Counted from the stretch's first letter, positions 10,152 through 20,715 are shown. The stretch is DNA of 64,000 bases from an uncultured Gammaproteobacteria bacterium (GCA_964360785.1 CAYHXX010000001.1:9334-73333); one strand, 5' to 3'. Made by a program: numbers and translations. Notes: generated by a model not told the origin, from the letters alone.

Positions 10152-10473
10152 ATCAAAGTTAGTATCCCAGAAGGAAAAGTTAGAAAAAGAAATTCTTCAG
10201 TATCAGAAAGAAGATCCCTACAAAAAGAATTTGAGAACGACCGAAGTCCTGGATGATGCTATTACTGAGATTGAGGAACATGATCGTTTGGTTGCAACTT
10301 CGGAAGAATTAAAAAAGGACTTGAAAGCAGTAGAAAAGGCCCTTGAAGGAATAGAAACTCAAAAATACGGAGTTTGTATCTCCTGTGGGAACAAAATCGA
10401 AGAAGAAAGGCTTGAAGTTATGCCTACGGCGACGATGTGTCTTTCTTGCCAAAAAAAGTCTAAAGAGCGATAA
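10132..10473 (+). CDS. TraR/DksA C4-type zinc finger protein
   Basis: YGVCISCG..I..ERL..MP.A.MCLSC following a coiled coil. Confidence 0.9.
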   Translation: MNLEHFKSKLVSQKEKLEKEILQYQKEDPYKKNLRTTEVLDDAITEIEEHDRLVATSEELKKDLKAVEKALEGIETQKYGVCISCGNKIEEERLEVMPTATMCLSCQKKSKER

Positions 10474-10485
10474 TATAAATTACAT

Positions 10486-10890
10486 ATGGCACAAAGAATT
10501 CTTGTAGTTGAAGATGATGAGTTTTTGAGAGAGCTTTACGACGAGCTGCTCAAAGGGGAAGGGTATGAAGTTTCCTTAGCTCCAGATGGAGAACAAGGGC
10601 TGAACCAAATCTCAGAAGGTGGGTTTGACTTGGTTCTACTTGATATTATGCTTCCAAAAATGGATGGGTTGGAAATTCTTCGTCGTGCAAAAGCAACTCC
10701 ACCAAAGCAGAAGAACGGTCCAGTAGTGCTTTTGACTAATCTTGGGCAGGACTCAATCATTAAGGAAGGTTTTGCTCTTGGTGCTTCGGGATATCTGATC
10801 AAGTCCGCAATGAATCCAGATCAAGTGCTTTCGGAAGTTAAAGTGTTTCTAAACAAAAATACTCTCAGTGGCAACAGTACTACTAACTGA
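10486..10890 (+). CDS. Single-domain response regulator
   Basis: ILVVEDD, LLDIMLPKMDG, LLTN, YLIK. Confidence 0.93.
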   Translation: MAQRILVVEDDEFLRELYDELLKGEGYEVSLAPDGEQGLNQISEGGFDLVLLDIMLPKMDGLEILRRAKATPPKQKNGPVVLLTNLGQDSIIKEGFALGASGYLIKSAMNPDQVLSEVKVFLNKNTLSGNSTTN

Positions 10891-11774
10891 TGCAAGTTCT
10901 TGTAGTTAAAGTTAAACCTCAAAAAGATCGGCTCGATCAGTATGCCTCCGACTCAATCAAAAACTTATCACGTTCCAAAGCAAATAAATTAATCAAGGAA
11001 GGTAGTATTCTCGTAAACAAAGTTGCACTTACTCCGGACTACCGTGTCAAAAAAGGGGATAAGGTAACCGTAGAGATACCACTTGATACACAGGTTTCAC
11101 TCAAAGCCGAGGATATTCCCCTAAAAATAGTCTTTGAGGATCAGGATATTATGGTCATTGATAAGCAACCTGATTTGGTTGTCCATCCAACACTTGATCA
11201 TCCAACCGGAACTTTGGTCAATGCTGTAATTTCACATTTAGGGAGTTTCGAAGACGAGTCTTTTCGACCGGGGATTGTCCATAGACTTGATAAAGATACT
11301 TCTGGTTTGATTGTGGTTGCCAAAAACCAAGATAGTTTGGACTCTCTGAAGAAACAATTTAAATCTCGGGTAGTGGAGAAACACTATATGGCCTTGGTAG
11401 TAGGAGTCGTCCCCAAAGAAAAAGGAACAATAGTTGGATCAATAGATCGGCACCCAAAATTCAAGCAAAAATTTGTAGTCAGTCCAGACGGCAAAGAGGC
11501 AACGACAGAGTATAGGGTGGTAAAACGTTTCCCAAAATATACTTTGTTGGAACTCACGCCCTTAACCGGTAGGACGCACCAGCTGAGGGTACACCTTTCT
11601 TTTTTGGGTTACCCAATCGTCGGTGACAAACTCTATAAGGGGAAAATGCTTCTGGGAAGGCAGTTTCTCCACGCCTCACAGCTTTCTTTTGATCATCCTA
11701 GAACCGGTAACAAAATGAACTTTAATTCTTTATTGCCAGAGGATTTACAGAATTTACTTGATAAACTGGATTAG
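10890..11774 (+). CDS. rluD: RluA-family pseudouridine synthase (RluD-like)
   Basis: S4 domain, GIVHRLDKDTSG, TGRTHQLRVH, GDKLY. Confidence 0.9.
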   Translation: MQVLVVKVKPQKDRLDQYASDSIKNLSRSKANKLIKEGSILVNKVALTPDYRVKKGDKVTVEIPLDTQVSLKAEDIPLKIVFEDQDIMVIDKQPDLVVHPTLDHPTGTLVNAVISHLGSFEDESFRPGIVHRLDKDTSGLIVVAKNQDSLDSLKKQFKSRVVEKHYMALVVGVVPKEKGTIVGSIDRHPKFKQKFVVSPDGKEATTEYRVVKRFPKYTLLELTPLTGRTHQLRVHLSFLGYPIVGDKLYKGKMLLGRQFLHASQLSFDHPRTGNKMNFNSLLPEDLQNLLDKLD

Positions 11775-11802
11775 CACCGCCCTTTCTTTATATAATTGAA
11801 TT

Positions 11803-13503
11803 ATGTCCGCAGCTGACCCACTATTGGCCTTGGGAATTGTAGTAGCCTTTGCTGCTTTGCTTGGAGCCTGGGCGTCTTTCCTGCGTCTACCGCTAATTAT
11901 TTCTTACATCTTGGCCGGACTGATTCTTGGCCCAGTACTCATAAACAATTCGCATATCGAAACTTTTACTCTGCTGCGAGACTTGGGACTTTCTTTTTTG
12001 CTGTTTTTGGTAGGGTTGGAAATAAAAACAGGGGAATTGAAATCTTTTGGTAAACAAGCTCTTATAATTGGAGCGATCCAAATTGTTGTAACCACCATTC
12101 TAGGATTTTTGCTCGCTCTTTGTTTGGGTTTTTCCTCAGTAGCGTCCCTCTACATTGCAATCGCTTTGACCTTCTCAAGTACGGTAATTGTGGTCAAACT
12201 CCTAACTGAGAAAAGAGACTTCGACTCACTATATGGAAAATTAGCGGTTTCAATATTGCTACTTCAAGATGTAGCTGCAATTTTTGTTCTGATTTTGTTA
12301 CCAGCTATTGGGAAAGAAGGGGAGTTTGGTTTTGGAAAGTTTTTCATAACAATTGCTGTTGGGTTAGTATTGGTTGGTTTGGTTTATTATCTCAGCAAGA
12401 AGGTATTACCACATTTATTTGAAAGACTTGCCCGAAATCTAGAATTACTGTTTCTTACCAGTTTGGCGTGGTTATTATTGATCTCGGCAATCTCCGGAAA
12501 ACTTGGATTTTCAATTGAAATAGGTGCTTTCTTAGCTGGATTGGGTCTGGCTTCACTCAAAGAGGAGCATCAAATAGCCGCTCGCATTCGGCCCTTGCGG
12601 GATTTCTTCATTGTAATCTTCTTTATTATTCTTGGGAGCCAACTGGTTGTAGATTTCAGTGTAGCCACTATTGGTATCGCCATTATCTTGAGTGGTTTTG
12701 TACTTTTTCTAAAACCATTACTTGTTATGTTTGTGGTGGGTAGGCTGGGTTTTCGTCGAAGGACTGCTTTTATGACTGGGCTGACCCTTTCTCAAATTTC
12801 AGAATTTTCATTGGTGATAATATTCCTAGGTTCCCGCCAAGGTTTACTCCCAGATAGTGTTGTAGCGATACTTACATTGACTGCGTTTATCACCATTGCG
12901 TGTTCTTCCTATCTACTTTCTTTTGCAACCAAGATTTATCGTAAATTTGAGAAATATCTAAAATTTGTTGAGAGAAAAGGAGAGCAACTAGAGACAAATC
13001 TAGAATTAAACCTAGACGGACACACAGTATTGATTGGCTGTAACCGATTGGGGTGGGAAATACTAAAGCAACTACAAAAGCAAGCTAAGGACATACTTGT
13101 TGTTGATTTTAACCCAACAGTCGTAAAAGCACTGCAAGAGCTGAAAGTTAATTATTTATTTGGTGACATTACCGACCCTGATATTTGGAGAGGGGCGAAC
13201 ATTGAAAAATCTGAAGTTGTTATCTCAACAATTTTTGATCCAGAGGATACTTTGGAGTTATTGGATAGCCTCAAGGCTCTTCCAAACTCACCAATTGTCT
13301 TTGTCACCGCAGCGGAAAGAGAATGGGCGGTCAAATTTTACCAAGGTGGGGCCGACTACGTAATTGTGCCAAGAGTACTTTCTGGTCACCAGGTAGCCCA
13401 TCTTCTCACAAACCAGAAACTAGAAGAAATCCGAGAGGGAAAGCTAAAACATGAACATCTTGAGGAGTTGCGAGAAGCAATGGATAAGCTTTCACTGCAA
13501 TAA
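11803..13503 (+). CDS. CPA2 cation:proton antiporter with C-terminal RCK/TrkA-N domain
   Basis: Multiple TM helices, LFLVGLE, FSST..VVKLL, LLLQD, SQISEF, GCNRLG Rossmann domain. Confidence 0.92.
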   Translation: MSAADPLLALGIVVAFAALLGAWASFLRLPLIISYILAGLILGPVLINNSHIETFTLLRDLGLSFLLFLVGLEIKTGELKSFGKQALIIGAIQIVVTTILGFLLALCLGFSSVASLYIAIALTFSSTVIVVKLLTEKRDFDSLYGKLAVSILLLQDVAAIFVLILLPAIGKEGEFGFGKFFITIAVGLVLVGLVYYLSKKVLPHLFERLARNLELLFLTSLAWLLLISAISGKLGFSIEIGAFLAGLGLASLKEEHQIAARIRPLRDFFIVIFFIILGSQLVVDFSVATIGIAIILSGFVLFLKPLLVMFVVGRLGFRRRTAFMTGLTLSQISEFSLVIIFLGSRQGLLPDSVVAILTLTAFITIACSSYLLSFATKIYRKFEKYLKFVERKGEQLETNLELNLDGHTVLIGCNRLGWEILKQLQKQAKDILVVDFNPTVVKALQELKVNYLFGDITDPDIWRGANIEKSEVVISTIFDPEDTLELLDSLKALPNSPIVFVTAAEREWAVKFYQGGADYVIVPRVLSGHQVAHLLTNQKLEEIREGKLKHEHLEELREAMDKLSLQ

Positions 13504-13519
13504 TAAAAGCAATTATTGA

Positions 13520-14227
13520 TTAGTTCTTTATTTTTGTTAGGGTTTCGTAATCCTTCTGGAGCAGTGGGTTTAGTTCGTGGAAATCAAGAATAGTAGCATA
13601 GTCTTTGTAAGAAAATTTCTTTAGGGGCCAGTTTATCTTGGCACTAGTTGCTCTCGAAACTTGAAGTTTAAGAGCTGCTTGATCGGGTTGTCCGAATTTA
13701 TCGGTAAATTTCGTTGCGTAGGTAGTGACATTGAGTCTAGTCACAGTGGAGATATTAAAGACTTTGATTGCAAAGTCAGCAAAATTCTCATAAGAAGTTT
13801 TGATCACTGTTTGTCCCTCACTCGAGGGTATGGTGTATTCAATAGTGGCAACTCCTGAGTCATTTATTTCCAATTTCCTTTTGACACTATCCGAACCGAT
13901 TACGTCGGTATAGGCACTTTGTAATTGGTTGATTGGGGTGGAAGCAGAAGCCTCTTTTTGCTGTTTCTCGGCTTGTTGTTTCTTTGTCTGCTCGAGTGTT
14001 TCTTGGGGATTTGTTTCAGGGGTCAACTTTTTATCTTTATTTAAACCGTTAACAATAGCAATAATACTAATAATTACTATCAGTACGACAAGAAATGCCC
14101 CGCCTAAAAAAGCAACTTTCAAAGGAAGAGAAAGGCTCTTGAAAGAGAACTTAGGTTTTGGGGGAGTAGGTGTCTGGGCCGGTTCAATAGAAGAAGTTTC
14201 GTTGGAAACCTCGTTGGGCAGTTCCAT
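13520..14227 (-). CDS. Membrane-anchored hypothetical protein
   Basis: 235 aa, single TM helix followed by a polar domain. Confidence 0.7.
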   Translation of the reverse strand: MELPNEVSNETSSIEPAQTPTPPKPKFSFKSLSLPLKVAFLGGAFLVVLIVIISIIAIVNGLNKDKKLTPETNPQETLEQTKKQQAEKQQKEASASTPINQLQSAYTDVIGSDSVKRKLEINDSGVATIEYTIPSSEGQTVIKTSYENFADFAIKVFNISTVTRLNVTTYATKFTDKFGQPDQAALKLQVSRATSAKINWPLKKFSYKDYATILDFHELNPLLQKDYETLTKIKN

Positions 14228-14310
14228 GATAGATCAATGGTAGATGAGCACTTATCTTGATGTCAAGCAAACTGTGCTAAAATTATTCTTATAGTAACAA
14301 ATTTCCCCTT

Positions 14311-15390
14311 ATGACTTTCTTTGGAAAACAAAAAAGCTTCTCACTTTTTGATCAGCAAGCCTATCACCGCAACAATGAACAAAAAGTTAAAAGAAGAAGA
14401 AACTTTGCTAGTAACTTGGTTAGGTTGGGTATTGTAGTAGTGACGTTAGTTGTTTTTGTAGCTATTGCGGTTCGTGTACCTTCACTTTACACAAAAGTTA
14501 CCAAACCATTCAAAAGTATCAATAGCGAGTTCTATAAAGGGAACAGTCTAAACTTTGAGCGCAGAACAAATATTTTACTTGCAACAGTCAGAGAAGATAA
14601 ATTAGAAGAACTTGCACTAGCGAGTTTTGAATCGGGAAAAAAGAAAGTAATAATTCTGAAGCTTGATCCTTCCACGCTCGTGAATGGACAAAAAGGCCCA
14701 AAGAAACTTTCCGACCTAGTGATTTATCAGGCAGGAAAGGTTAGTGATATCGATCAGCTATCAGTAGCTGTGCTGGAGGTTGTAAATTACATTCCAAACG
14801 GTTATGTAATAGTAGAGGCGAGCCAAGATTGGATAAATATAGAAAGTTTGGGCTCTTTGGTAGAACGCTCATCCTTTTCTCCAGCCTTGCTGCTAAATCT
14901 AAGAGAAAACAAAAATTATTTAGATGGGCACTTATTAACCAGTCTATCTACAAATGAATTTTACAAATTGGTCACCAGTGTCAAGAAAATTCAGCCAGAG
15001 AGGTTTGAACTAGTAGATACTGAGCGGTACAAATCCCAATCTGGCTTTGTCGATAGCAAAGCCCTTACCAACGAGATTGGTGCGAAAATGAATGATTCTA
15101 AGGTTGTGGATGGTAACTACGCAGTCGAAATCGTTAATTCCAGTGGAGTGGAGGGTTTAGGCCAGATTTTGAAAAGTGTGGTTGCGAACCTTGGTGTAAA
15201 CATTGTTCAAATTAGTACTACCGAAGATTTGGAAGAAAAGAGCACAGTTTTCGTAAGGGAGAGGAGCAACTTTCTTGCAGAAACTTTGCAGAGATTCCTA
15301 AAATCGAAATTGGAGAAGAATGCCGACACTGGTTCCGTAGACATTAAGATTGTTATTGGTAAGGATTTCGGGAAGTTTTTTGACTACTAG
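14311..15390 (+). CDS. Membrane-anchored LCP-like protein with LytR C-terminal domain
   Basis: TM helix, RTNILL, C-terminal VEIVNSSGVEGLG...DIKIVIGKD. Confidence 0.75.
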   Translation: MTFFGKQKSFSLFDQQAYHRNNEQKVKRRRNFASNLVRLGIVVVTLVVFVAIAVRVPSLYTKVTKPFKSINSEFYKGNSLNFERRTNILLATVREDKLEELALASFESGKKKVIILKLDPSTLVNGQKGPKKLSDLVIYQAGKVSDIDQLSVAVLEVVNYIPNGYVIVEASQDWINIESLGSLVERSSFSPALLLNLRENKNYLDGHLLTSLSTNEFYKLVTSVKKIQPERFELVDTERYKSQSGFVDSKALTNEIGAKMNDSKVVDGNYAVEIVNSSGVEGLGQILKSVVANLGVNIVQISTTEDLEEKSTVFVRERSNFLAETLQRFLKSKLEKNADTGSVDIKIVIGKDFGKFFDY

Positions 15391-15451
15391 AGATTTACTC
15401 TTGCGAAGAGAATTCATTGACTTTTGGGGGGTTTTATGCTACTATTTCTCC

Positions 15452-15535
15452 GATCTCTCTCCTTTCTTCCGAGGAGGGGCCAAAATAGCCTCTCCTAAAG
15501 ACAAAAGCTCCCTTCGGGGAGCTCTTGTCATTTTT
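15452..15535 (+). ncRNA. Candidate small RNA (~85 nt)
   Basis: TTGACT(15417)-17 bp-TACTAT(15440) promoter, one internal hairpin, UUCG terminator hairpin with T-tract. Confidence 0.5.
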
Positions 15536-15642
15536 AGACTAACTTTTTGCGTCTAGCAAATGCAAACTTCTTAGGTTGACTTTCCAGGCTAAATCAAAGT
15601 AAAATATTAAAGTATTAGAAGGAGTAGAGAAAAGGTAGCCGC

Positions 15643-18600
15643 ATGTTACTTATTGTCGGTTTAGGGATCATCGTCATAATTGCTTTCTTCTTCGCTTACC
15701 GTGCTGCTTTGCAGCAGGAAACTGGGGGAAAGAAAAAAGAATCAATAAGTGAGGGAGTTCTCCTCTCTATTCGTCTTCCCAAAGAAAATGAAAAACTACC
15801 AACAGCCGCTGAGCAAATGTTTGCTTCGCTTCATGGTTTGCTAAAATTCACCCCTTCAGTTCAAGAACATATTTCTCTTGAGATGGCTAGCTCTGATGCT
15901 GGAATCAATTTTTATTGCTTTACACCCAGAGCATTCAAAAGTTTTGTTGAAAGCCAAATATATGCTCAATACCCAGATGCAGAAATTAGAGAGTCAGTCG
16001 ACTATTCCCAAAGTGTTGGCGAAGATTCCGTGGTTGTGGGGACAGAGCTGGCATTAGCCAAAGATTTTATTTTTCCTTTAAAAAGTTTTCGGGACTTTGA
16101 GGTCGACCCACTAGCGGCGATCACCAGTGCTTTGGGAAGTGTGCGTAAAAATGAACAAATTTGGATACAAATACTGGTTCGGCCAATTGATGATTTTTGG
16201 CAGGACCGTGGTCATGACTATGTGAAAATGGTCCGTGATGGTAAGCATCCCATTAGTCTTAACCCCCAAGAGATTGCCTTGGATGTGGGAAAGCAGATAC
16301 TTTCTGTGGGTGGAAATATTATTCCCTATATGATGGCTGGGCCGAAGGAGATTGTACCAGGCAGGCCAGAGCTACCACCCAAGCTGTCTGCCGGTCAGGA
16401 ACTAGACCTGAAGACAATTGAAAACAAACTTTCCAAAATTGGTTTTGAAACCAAAATAAGAATTGTTGCTGTGGCTGCCGATAAAGAAAACGCTCAGCAA
16501 AAACTTTCCTCAGCAATAGCGTCTTTTAAACAGTTTGCAACCGCGTCCCTAAACGCTTTTGAGCCTGACCCAGACAGCCCAACCACATCTTCGTTGGTAA
16601 AAAGTTATCGCGAACGTCTTTTTCCTGAGGGGGAGGGTGGAGATTATGTTTTGACAATCGAAGAGTTAGCTTCCATTTTTCACCTACCAAATATTTCAGT
16701 TGAGACGCCAACAATTGCTTGGACGAGAGCCAAAAAAGGCGAACCGCCACTCAACCTTCCTTCAACGGATGTTACTTTTATTGGTAAAAGCTATTTCAGA
16801 GATCATGAACAGGTATTTGGTATCAAAAAAGCCGATCGTCGCAAGCATATGTATTTGATTGGGAAAACTGGTACCGGAAAATCAACTTTGATCAAAAACA
16901 TGATTATTCAAGATATGCGCAATGGGGAAGGGGTAGCGGTTTTGGATCCCCATGGCCAACTAATCGATGAAATACTGGAGTTCGTTCCGGAGAACCGGTT
17001 GGATGATGTGGTTATCTTCAACCCAGCGGATGCTGATAACCCAGTGGCTCTAAATATGTTGGAGATGTTTGACCCAAGACAACGTACTTTGATGGCAGAC
17101 ACCTTGGTTGATGTTTTCAAGAAATATTTTGCCAATAGTTGGGGTCCACGACTTGAGTATATCCTCAAAAATTGTATCCTTACCCTTCTGGAGGTACCAA
17201 ACACCTCGCTTTTGTCGATTACGCGACTTTTGGTTGATAAAGGCTATCGCAGGTTTATCGTTGGTTTGATCAAAGATCCACAGATGAAAGATTTCTGGAC
17301 CACCGAGTTTGCCCGTCTTGAGCAAAACGACCGTCTAATTACTGAGGCAATTTCGCCAATCCAAAACAAAGTTGGCCAGTTTCTCAACAGTGAGCTGATC
17401 AGAAACATTGTCGGCCAACCAAAATCGACAATCAAAATTGATGATATCATCAACAACAAAAAACTTTTCTTTGTAAACTTGGCCTCTGGTAGAATTGGGG
17501 CGAACAATACTTCTTTGCTGGGAGCAATGATCGTTTCACAGCTTCAGTTTGCGGCCATGCGTCGTGTTGATATCCCCGAGGAAACTCGGAAAGATTTCTT
17601 TCTTTACGCTGATGAGTTCCAAAACTTCGCCACCGAGAGTTTTGCTGTGATTCTTTCTGAGGCGAGAAAATACCGACTTGACTTGACGATTACTCACCAA
17701 TACATCGAACAAATGCCTGAAGAGGTTCGGGATGCCATCTTTGGAAACGTTGGTACTTTGATTTGTTTTGGGGTTGGAAACCAGGACGCCCACTTCTTGG
17801 AACGTGAGTTTAGCCCCGTTTTTCTTGAGAATGACTTTATTAACCTTGGTAGGTTTGAAATGTATTTGAAGTTGCAAATTGATGATCAAGCTTCCAGACC
17901 ATTCTCAGCTATATCACTGGCACCACCAACTGATTCGACAAATCTCAACTCGAGGGCAATTCAACTTTCTCGACAGAAATACGGTAGAGAGGTTGAGAAA
18001 GTTGAGAAACTAATCAAGAAATGGACTGAAACCAAATTTGTACCTGGCCAGCCACCACAGCCTCCTCTCTGGGCGATTGAGGAAGCCAAAGCCGCGGCTG
18101 CTGCTGCTCCAGCGCAACAAGCAGTTACCCAACCAAGTAGTCAAGTACAAACGACAGTTCCACAAGCGTTTCCAAATCAATCACCTTTGGCTGATTTATT
18201 GGTTGGAGATTCCGGGCAGAATCAAGTATCCGTAGAGCAAAACGTAGTTTCTCCAGCTAGTCAAGAGCAAGCTGCGCCGGTTCAAAAGCCAGCTAGTCAG
18301 GTACCAGCAACCCAACAGCTGCAACAATCACCCACAGCGATTCCTCAGAGTGTCGATACGAATTTTATACCTTCAGAAGAACCAGTTATTCAAACAGAAC
18401 CAGAGCAACCAGCGGTGCAGAAATTTGAGGCACTAGATGAAAATTATGAAGGATCAGAAGTTTACCAAAACCCAGTTTCGCCAAAAACAGAAGCTACTTC
18501 TCCAGAGCAAAAAGTAGAACCACAACCTATCAATCGTGAAAATTTGAATCAAAACCTACCAACTGGATTAGTTAGCACGGAAGAATCGGAAAAATCACAA

Positions 18601-18681
18601 GAAGTTAATGTGGAACAAAAGCCACAAAGTGGGGAAGTGGAGATTTTCCGTTTTCCACCAAGTAATATTAATAAACCATAA
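15643..18681 (+). CDS. Membrane-anchored VirB4/VirD4(TraG/TraD)-like P-loop ATPase with Pro/Gln-rich tail
   Basis: N-terminal TM, HMYLIGKTGTGKS, LDPHG, YADEFQNF, SEARKY, HQY, GNVGT; low-complexity C-terminus. Confidence 0.85.
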   Translation: MLLIVGLGIIVIIAFFFAYRAALQQETGGKKKESISEGVLLSIRLPKENEKLPTAAEQMFASLHGLLKFTPSVQEHISLEMASSDAGINFYCFTPRAFKSFVESQIYAQYPDAEIRESVDYSQSVGEDSVVVGTELALAKDFIFPLKSFRDFEVDPLAAITSALGSVRKNEQIWIQILVRPIDDFWQDRGHDYVKMVRDGKHPISLNPQEIALDVGKQILSVGGNIIPYMMAGPKEIVPGRPELPPKLSAGQELDLKTIENKLSKIGFETKIRIVAVAADKENAQQKLSSAIASFKQFATASLNAFEPDPDSPTTSSLVKSYRERLFPEGEGGDYVLTIEELASIFHLPNISVETPTIAWTRAKKGEPPLNLPSTDVTFIGKSYFRDHEQVFGIKKADRRKHMYLIGKTGTGKSTLIKNMIIQDMRNGEGVAVLDPHGQLIDEILEFVPENRLDDVVIFNPADADNPVALNMLEMFDPRQRTLMADTLVDVFKKYFANSWGPRLEYILKNCILTLLEVPNTSLLSITRLLVDKGYRRFIVGLIKDPQMKDFWTTEFARLEQNDRLITEAISPIQNKVGQFLNSELIRNIVGQPKSTIKIDDIINNKKLFFVNLASGRIGANNTSLLGAMIVSQLQFAAMRRVDIPEETRKDFFLYADEFQNFATESFAVILSEARKYRLDLTITHQYIEQMPEEVRDAIFGNVGTLICFGVGNQDAHFLEREFSPVFLENDFINLGRFEMYLKLQIDDQASRPFSAISLAPPTDSTNLNSRAIQLSRQKYGREVEKVEKLIKKWTETKFVPGQPPQPPLWAIEEAKAAAAAAPAQQAVTQPSSQVQTTVPQAFPNQSPLADLLVGDSGQNQVSVEQNVVSPASQEQAAPVQKPASQVPATQQLQQSPTAIPQSVDTNFIPSEEPVIQTEPEQPAVQKFEALDENYEGSEVYQNPVSPKTEATSPEQKVEPQPINRENLNQNLPTGLVSTEESEKSQEVNVEQKPQSGEVEIFRFPPSNINKP

Positions 18682-18704
18682 ACTTATTAGGAGGTATTTA
18701 AGAA

Positions 18705-19637
18705 ATGGATAGTAATAAATTTGAACTTATCAGACAGTCGTTGGGGGCAGCGGAATCAAGTATCAGATTAGCCAAACAGCTGCTTTCTGAACTTGAATCT
18801 GGGAATGTTAGCAGTAAGGTTGCTACTAAGCCGAATGGGGCTGATTTGCCTGGAATCGCTGGTATATTTGATGGTGAAAACATGGTTTCCGAATCAGGGG
18901 AAGTTTTTCCAGTACCGGCAAACTATGCTAGCAAGAGTATGTTGGTTGTTGGAGATACTTTAAAGTTGGTGGAAGAAGGCAAGAATAAGGAAAAACGGTT
19001 TAAGCAGATTGAACATGTCAAAAGACACAAGAGTACTGGTATCCTGACCAAGAAAGACGGTAAGTGGAAGGTCGCAACCCCAGAGGGCTCTTATAAGGTA
19101 CTAGGAGCGGCGGTAGAGCACTTTGGCGCAGATATTGGTACAGAAGTCACTCTACATCTACCCGCTACAAATTTGACAGTAGCCTACGGTGCAATTGAGT
19201 CTATTAATAAAGGAGCAGAAAAGAAAGAGGAAGATAGAAAAGTTGAGTCTAAAGAACCACCACAGTCTGCGGTTGTCGAACAAAAGGAGCAGCCCAAACA
19301 ACCAGAACCAAGAAAAGAAGAAAAACCAGAAGAGGTTGTTCACAACTCAAAAGAAGTTAAAAAGGAACCAGAGAAGTCAAAACATGAGCCTAAACTAGTG
19401 GTGAAGCAGCCAGAGGTGGTTGCGGAGCCAAAGAAAGAAGTAGTCATAGCTCCAGTGGCCAAAGTTGAAAAAGAGGTGGTAGAGAAAGTTATCGCAACAC
19501 CACCAGCACCAGCCCCAAAACCTGTGGTGGTTGCGACTGAAGTTCCAGAGCCAAGCAAACCAGCAACAGTTCCAACTGCCCAACCAACACCAGAAAAGTC
19601 TATGGAAGTTGCTTCTGAAGAGGAAGAACTGACCTAG
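18705..19637 (+). CDS. Hypothetical protein with E/K/P/V-rich tail
   Basis: AGGAGGT SD; globular core GIFDGENM...PVPANYASKS..VGD.LKL then low-complexity tail. Confidence 0.75.
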   Translation: MDSNKFELIRQSLGAAESSIRLAKQLLSELESGNVSSKVATKPNGADLPGIAGIFDGENMVSESGEVFPVPANYASKSMLVVGDTLKLVEEGKNKEKRFKQIEHVKRHKSTGILTKKDGKWKVATPEGSYKVLGAAVEHFGADIGTEVTLHLPATNLTVAYGAIESINKGAEKKEEDRKVESKEPPQSAVVEQKEQPKQPEPRKEEKPEEVVHNSKEVKKEPEKSKHEPKLVVKQPEVVAEPKKEVVIAPVAKVEKEVVEKVIATPPAPAPKPVVVATEVPEPSKPATVPTAQPTPEKSMEVASEEEELT

Positions 19638-19643
19638 CACAAC

Positions 19644-20495
19644 CTACTTTAGTTCTTGGAATTCTTCTTCATCCTCAACCAGGTCTTGAGTTGGGACAAA
19701 TTCAGCCGCTTCTTGAGGAATATCTTCTTGGGGAGTTTCTTCTTGGTCAACCGCTACCTCTTCTTCAGAATTTTCTGGATTTCCAGCAGTACTAGAAGTC
19801 GTTTCGTTCAGATGCGAGAAAGTATCCTCACGTACGTAAGGGGTGAAGTTGGTATCAATTGGGAAAGTCGGGTGGGCAAGTTTTTTTGATCGTTTGGTTT
19901 CCTTCAAGAATACCGAAAGAGCAGAATCCCTAGGATCTTTACCGACTTTTACTGATTTTACAACGGCTGAAAAGCTACTTCCGAGATTTATAGCCTGAGC
20001 CACTTCTGTTCCCCAGACACTTTCCAGTTTGCCCAGCCTTTTGTTGTCTTCAGAGACGATAGTTACATCATCTTTAGCAACTTTTAACTCAACGCTATCA
20101 CCGACACGTAGTTGTATCAGTACTGTGGGCATTGCCAGGTCTGTAAGGTCAATCGCTCTGGTTTTACCTGGTTCTTCCAAAAACATGTCGGGGTCTATCG
20201 TTCTCGCTTCCTTTGGTTTGAAGCTGCTGCCTCGCAAAGTAGAGAGTTTGTCAATGTTTCGAGTCGCTATTGGATTGTAGGGGTCAATCTCGAGGACTTT
20301 TTTGTAGGTAGAGCTAGCTTTATTGACTTGTCCGAGCTCAGTATAGGCATGACCAAGACGATTGAGTATGGTTATGTCTTCTGGGTACTCTTCGTAAAGA
20401 GCGTTGTTGAGCTCTACTGCTTTCTCCCAGGAACCAGCTAGGGCGGCTTCGATAGCTTCTTGATATCTTGGATCGAGTTCAGATTGGTTAGACAT
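19644..20495 (-). CDS. Tetratricopeptide repeat protein
   Basis: LNRLGHAY..LG....A...YKKVLEIDPYNPIA, FLEEPGKT, acidic tail. Confidence 0.85.
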   Translation of the reverse strand: MSNQSELDPRYQEAIEAALAGSWEKAVELNNALYEEYPEDITILNRLGHAYTELGQVNKASSTYKKVLEIDPYNPIATRNIDKLSTLRGSSFKPKEARTIDPDMFLEEPGKTRAIDLTDLAMPTVLIQLRVGDSVELKVAKDDVTIVSEDNKRLGKLESVWGTEVAQAINLGSSFSAVVKSVKVGKDPRDSALSVFLKETKRSKKLAHPTFPIDTNFTPYVREDTFSHLNETTSSTAGNPENSEEEVAVDQEETPQEDIPQEAAEFVPTQDLVEDEEEFQELK

Positions 20496-20715
20496 ATTGT
20501 TTGTTTCTAGAATTTATTACAGTGTATTTATAAACTACCTGTCAAGTCTTGATTTAATCAAGACTTGCATTCGCTCCGCGAAAGTTAATTCCTTGACTTA
20601 AGATATTGTTACAGAAATCAACTTCATCAACCAACTCGTAGATGGTTAAGTAACCCATAGTTGCATTAGGTATTGGAAAAGTGTAAAATATTTTTCATTC
20701 TGAGGAGGAGGTCCT

